In this document: positions 61,031 through 64,000 of the stretch, in pieces
Layout: the number at the start of each line of letters is the position of its first letter
Position numbering within the stretch: position 1 is the stretch's first letter
Source of the DNA: an uncultured Gemmatimonadales bacterium
GTDB lineage: Bacteria > Gemmatimonadota > Gemmatimonadetes > Gemmatimonadales > GWC2-71-9
Direction: 5' to 3'
DNA length: 64,000 bases
Assembly (NCBI GenBank): GCA_963695555.1
Contig: CAVOGR010000001.1
Location: 960,001-1,024,000 of the forward strand
Notes under the pieces: model-generated
The model's input: the letters and a program-made list of their open reading frames with translations, nothing else
What the model was told of the DNA's origin: nothing
Databases searched by the model: none
Translations under genes and position numbers: made by a program

Positions 61031-62011
61031 GTGTATCACGATATCATGGTGCCGCTCGACGGGTCGACGTTCGCGGAACAGGCATTGCCGCATGCGCTGT
61101 TCTTTGCGCGGGCGGCCAAGGCGCGGCTCCACCTGGTGTTGGTACACGAGCCCATGCCGTCGTGGGTGCCCAGCTCCGCGGGCGGCGGCCCTGCGACGAG
61201 CGAGGCCAGGCCGGTCGAGCAGGCCTACCTCGACGGCATGGCGGAGAAGGTAGGGCGGCAGCTGCCGCAGGGCGTGGAATCGGCCCTCTTGGAGGCGCCG
61301 ACCGCCGGTGCGCTGGCGGAATATGCGGTCCGGCAAGGATTCTCTGCGGAGATCTTGGACCGACCCGTCGCGGTCGCGTTGGCTACCTTCGCCGCCAAGC
61401 AGTCCATCGATCTGATCGTGCTCGCGACCCATGGGCGAGGGCCACTCACCCGGAGCTGGTTCGGCGGGGTGGCCGACCAGCTGGTGCGTCAGGTACACAT
61501 GCCGGTGCTCTTCATCCGCCCGGAAGAGCAGGCAGCGCCACGCGACCCATCCTATCGGCACATCCTGATTCCGCTTGATGCGTCACCCTTTTCCGAGGCG
61601 GTCCTGGAGCACGCTCGCAACCTTGGCCGGCTCACCGACGCGCGCTTCACGCTGCTGCATGTGGTGGAGGACACCCTCCCGGCACCGGCGCTGACCGAAT
61701 TCATGCCTGCGGAGGAGTTCGCCGGCGTGGCGCGCGCCCCTTGGCGGGAGCAGGCCGAGGGCTACTTGCAACAGTGCGCCACCCGGTTTCAGGCAGAAGG
61801 CGTTCAGGTGGAAACGGCAACGGTCTACGGCGTGAGCCCCGCGGCGTTCATCATCGACGAAGCACGTCGCCGCGAGGCCGACCTCATCGCCCTGACGACC
61901 CACGGGGCGCGAGGGTTGCGCCGCATGCTCCTGGGAAGCGTCACCGATCGCGTGATTCGCGGGTCGGACATGCCAGTTCTGGTCTTCCGCCCACCGGCTG
62001 CAGCCACGTAA
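61031..62011 (+). CDS. Tandem universal stress protein
   Basis: VPLDGS/IPLDAS, THGRG...FGGVAD and THGARG...LGSVTD. Confidence 0.9.
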   Translation: MYHDIMVPLDGSTFAEQALPHALFFARAAKARLHLVLVHEPMPSWVPSSAGGGPATSEARPVEQAYLDGMAEKVGRQLPQGVESALLEAPTAGALAEYAVRQGFSAEILDRPVAVALATFAAKQSIDLIVLATHGRGPLTRSWFGGVADQLVRQVHMPVLFIRPEEQAAPRDPSYRHILIPLDASPFSEAVLEHARNLGRLTDARFTLLHVVEDTLPAPALTEFMPAEEFAGVARAPWREQAEGYLQQCATRFQAEGVQVETATVYGVSPAAFIIDEARRREADLIALTTHGARGLRRMLLGSVTDRVIRGSDMPVLVFRPPAAAT

Positions 62012-62189
62012 CTCAGCGCCCGACCCGTCAGCAAAGAAAGCGCGGAACCGGATAGGGTCTCCACCGGTTTCCTCTAACGATCCGGACCCTGGCCCTGCTG
62101 CCACCTGAGCGCTACGATGGGCGAGTGGGGCACCACGCCCAGACATGTGAACCATGTTGCCAACCCATCCGAGCAACTGGGGGGAATCC

Positions 62190-62606
62190 ATGCCGGTGAC
62201 TCAGATCAATATGTTCGCCGTGATAGTGGCTGGAATCAGCGCCTTCGTACTCGGGGCGCTCTGGTATTCTCCGGTTGCCTTTGGCAAGGCCTGGGCGGCG
62301 GCGCACGGGTACTCCAAAGAGAAACTGGTGGAGCTGCAGCAGACCGCCGGCCGCGCCTATGCGGTGTCCTTCCTCACCTACCTGTTTATGGCATTGGTCA
62401 TCGCGATCCTCGTCGCCCTCACCGGCATCGCGACCTTCATTCAAGGCATGTGGTTGGGGACGCTGCTCTGGGCCGGATTCGCCTTCACCATCGGGCTGAC
62501 CGGCAACATGTTCTCCGAGAAACCGCTCGCAACATTCCTCATTGATGCCGGGTACCAATTGGTATACCTCAACATCATGGGTGGCATCCTCGCCGCGTGG
62601 CGCTGA
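62190..62606 (+). CDS. DUF1761 family membrane protein
   Basis: LGALWYSP.AFGKAW, IDAGY; four TMs. Confidence 0.82.
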   Translation: MPVTQINMFAVIVAGISAFVLGALWYSPVAFGKAWAAAHGYSKEKLVELQQTAGRAYAVSFLTYLFMALVIAILVALTGIATFIQGMWLGTLLWAGFAFTIGLTGNMFSEKPLATFLIDAGYQLVYLNIMGGILAAWR

Positions 62607-62659
62607 TTCCCGCGCGCGAGGGACAGTCCCCCATCGCCCAGAGCTACAGGAGCCGATAG

Positions 62660-64000
62660 ATGGCGTTACCCGCACCATCCCCCGACCTCGTATGGCATCG
62701 GGTTCTGGACCACGATGAGCTCGCCGAGGGCAGGGTCAAACCCGTGACCTGCGCGCGGCAAACCGTGTGCATGACGCGCCATGAGGGGCAGTACGCCGCG
62801 CTGGACAATCGATGTCCGCATCAAGGCGGTCCACTCGGCGAAGGATCGATCGAAAATGGCTGGCTCAGATGTCCGTGGCACGGGTGGGATTACGATCCGC
62901 TGACGGGCAAGCCACCGGGCGGATACTCCGACGGTGTCGCGACGTACCCGGTCGAGGTTCGAGAGGACGGCATCTACGTCGGGTTCTACGAGGAGCGCCC
63001 CCACGCGCGAACGGTCTCCGATGTCATGGCCGAAACGATGGTTGCGTGGGGCATCACGACCGTCTGGGGAATGGTGGGGCATTCCAATTTGGGCCTGGCG
63101 GACGCATTGCGACGCCTCGAGCAGGCCGGACAGCTACGCTACATCGGAATTCGTCATGAAGGTGCGGCATCATTTGCGGCCTCGGCCTATGGGAAGCTCA
63201 CGGGAAAGCTCGCAGCCTGCCTGTCGATCGCAGGCCCCGGGGCCACCAACCTGCTCACCGGGCTCTGGGATGCGAACGTCGATCGCGCTCCCGTGCTGGC
63301 ACTGACGGGGCAAGTCGACACGCAAGTCCTCGGGCCCGGGGCATTCCAGGAAGTCGACCTGGCGGCAGCGTTCGGGAAGGTGGCGCAGTGGAGCCAGCCT
63401 GCGCTGCCATACCAGCAAGCACGCTGAGCTGGTGAACCTGGCCTGCAAGAGCGCGCTGCTCAATCGCGGCGTGTCGCACCTCATCTTTCCCGACGAAGTG
63501 CAGAACGCCGCGGCGCCGGCCGCCGCCGGCTCGCCTCGGGGTCGCCTGACCGCTCGCACGATCGCGCCGCCCGCGGAGGCGACCGATCAGGCGGTCACCC
63601 TGCTCGGAATCGTCCAAGCGACCGGTGATCATCGTGGGCCACGGGGCACGCTTCCACATGCCCGAGGTCATCGCACTGGCCGAGCAGATCCACGCACCGG
63701 TGATTACGACCTTCAAAGCGAAGGGACTCATTCCCGATCGCCACCCGCTGGCCTGCGGTGTGCTCGGCCGGAGCGGCACGCCGATCGCGAGTTGGTTCAT
63801 GAATGAGAGTGACTGCCTGCTCGTGTTCGGCGCGAGCTTCAGCAACCACACCGGGATCACGCCCAAGAAGCCGACCATCCAAGTGGATTTCGATCCCATG
63901 GCGCTGGGCAAGTTCCACGCAGTGGACGTTCCCGTGTGGGGCGAAATCGGCATTACGGCCGCGATACTCCAGAATCGTCTGACGCGCGGCGCCGATCGGG
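62660..64000 (+). CDS. Rieske [2Fe-2S]-fused thiamine-diphosphate enzyme (pyruvate oxidase-like); frameshifts ~63410 and ~63612; 3' truncated
   Basis: CPHQGGPL...CPWHG; RHEGAASFAA, GPGATN; later frames NLACK...PDEVQ and RPVIIVGHG...TTFKAKG. Confidence 0.85.

Overview
A GC-rich bacterial chromosome segment, probably Gemmatimonadota (inferred from gene content and order, not verified). The housekeeping backbone includes a DapL-like aminotransferase, gltX, znuABC-like, purH-purN-gmhB-selA-valS, thrS, thiolase/bioY/hbd/Leu-dehydrogenase/rpiB/glyA, nnr, thiL, eno-ftsB and three tRNAs (Ser-GCT, Ser-TGA, Met-CAT). Three accessory blocks stand out. (1) Between the two tRNA-Ser genes lies a four-gene cassette: an exported ~150-aa protein ending in P-C-P-P-F-C (visible only after correcting frameshifts), a multi-pass membrane protein, a sensor-less HisKA_3 kinase and a NarL-type regulator. 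A perfect 20-bp palindrome precedes it, and it is a candidate undescribed peptide-signalling/autoinduction system. (2) A dormancy/RNA-repair island (archease-rtcB-HPF/cold-shock fusion, divergent PRTase and hydrolase) has a sigma54-like promoter and an IHF-like site. (3) After tRNA-Met comes an operon encoding a coiled-coil protein, a trans-envelope protein (putative longin-like domain, TM helix, OmpA-like domain) and a Rab-like small GTPase. Several genes carry single-base frameshifts that may be assembly errors. No CRISPR array, rRNA, integrase or transposase was seen. All calls come from reading motifs by eye; no searches were run.
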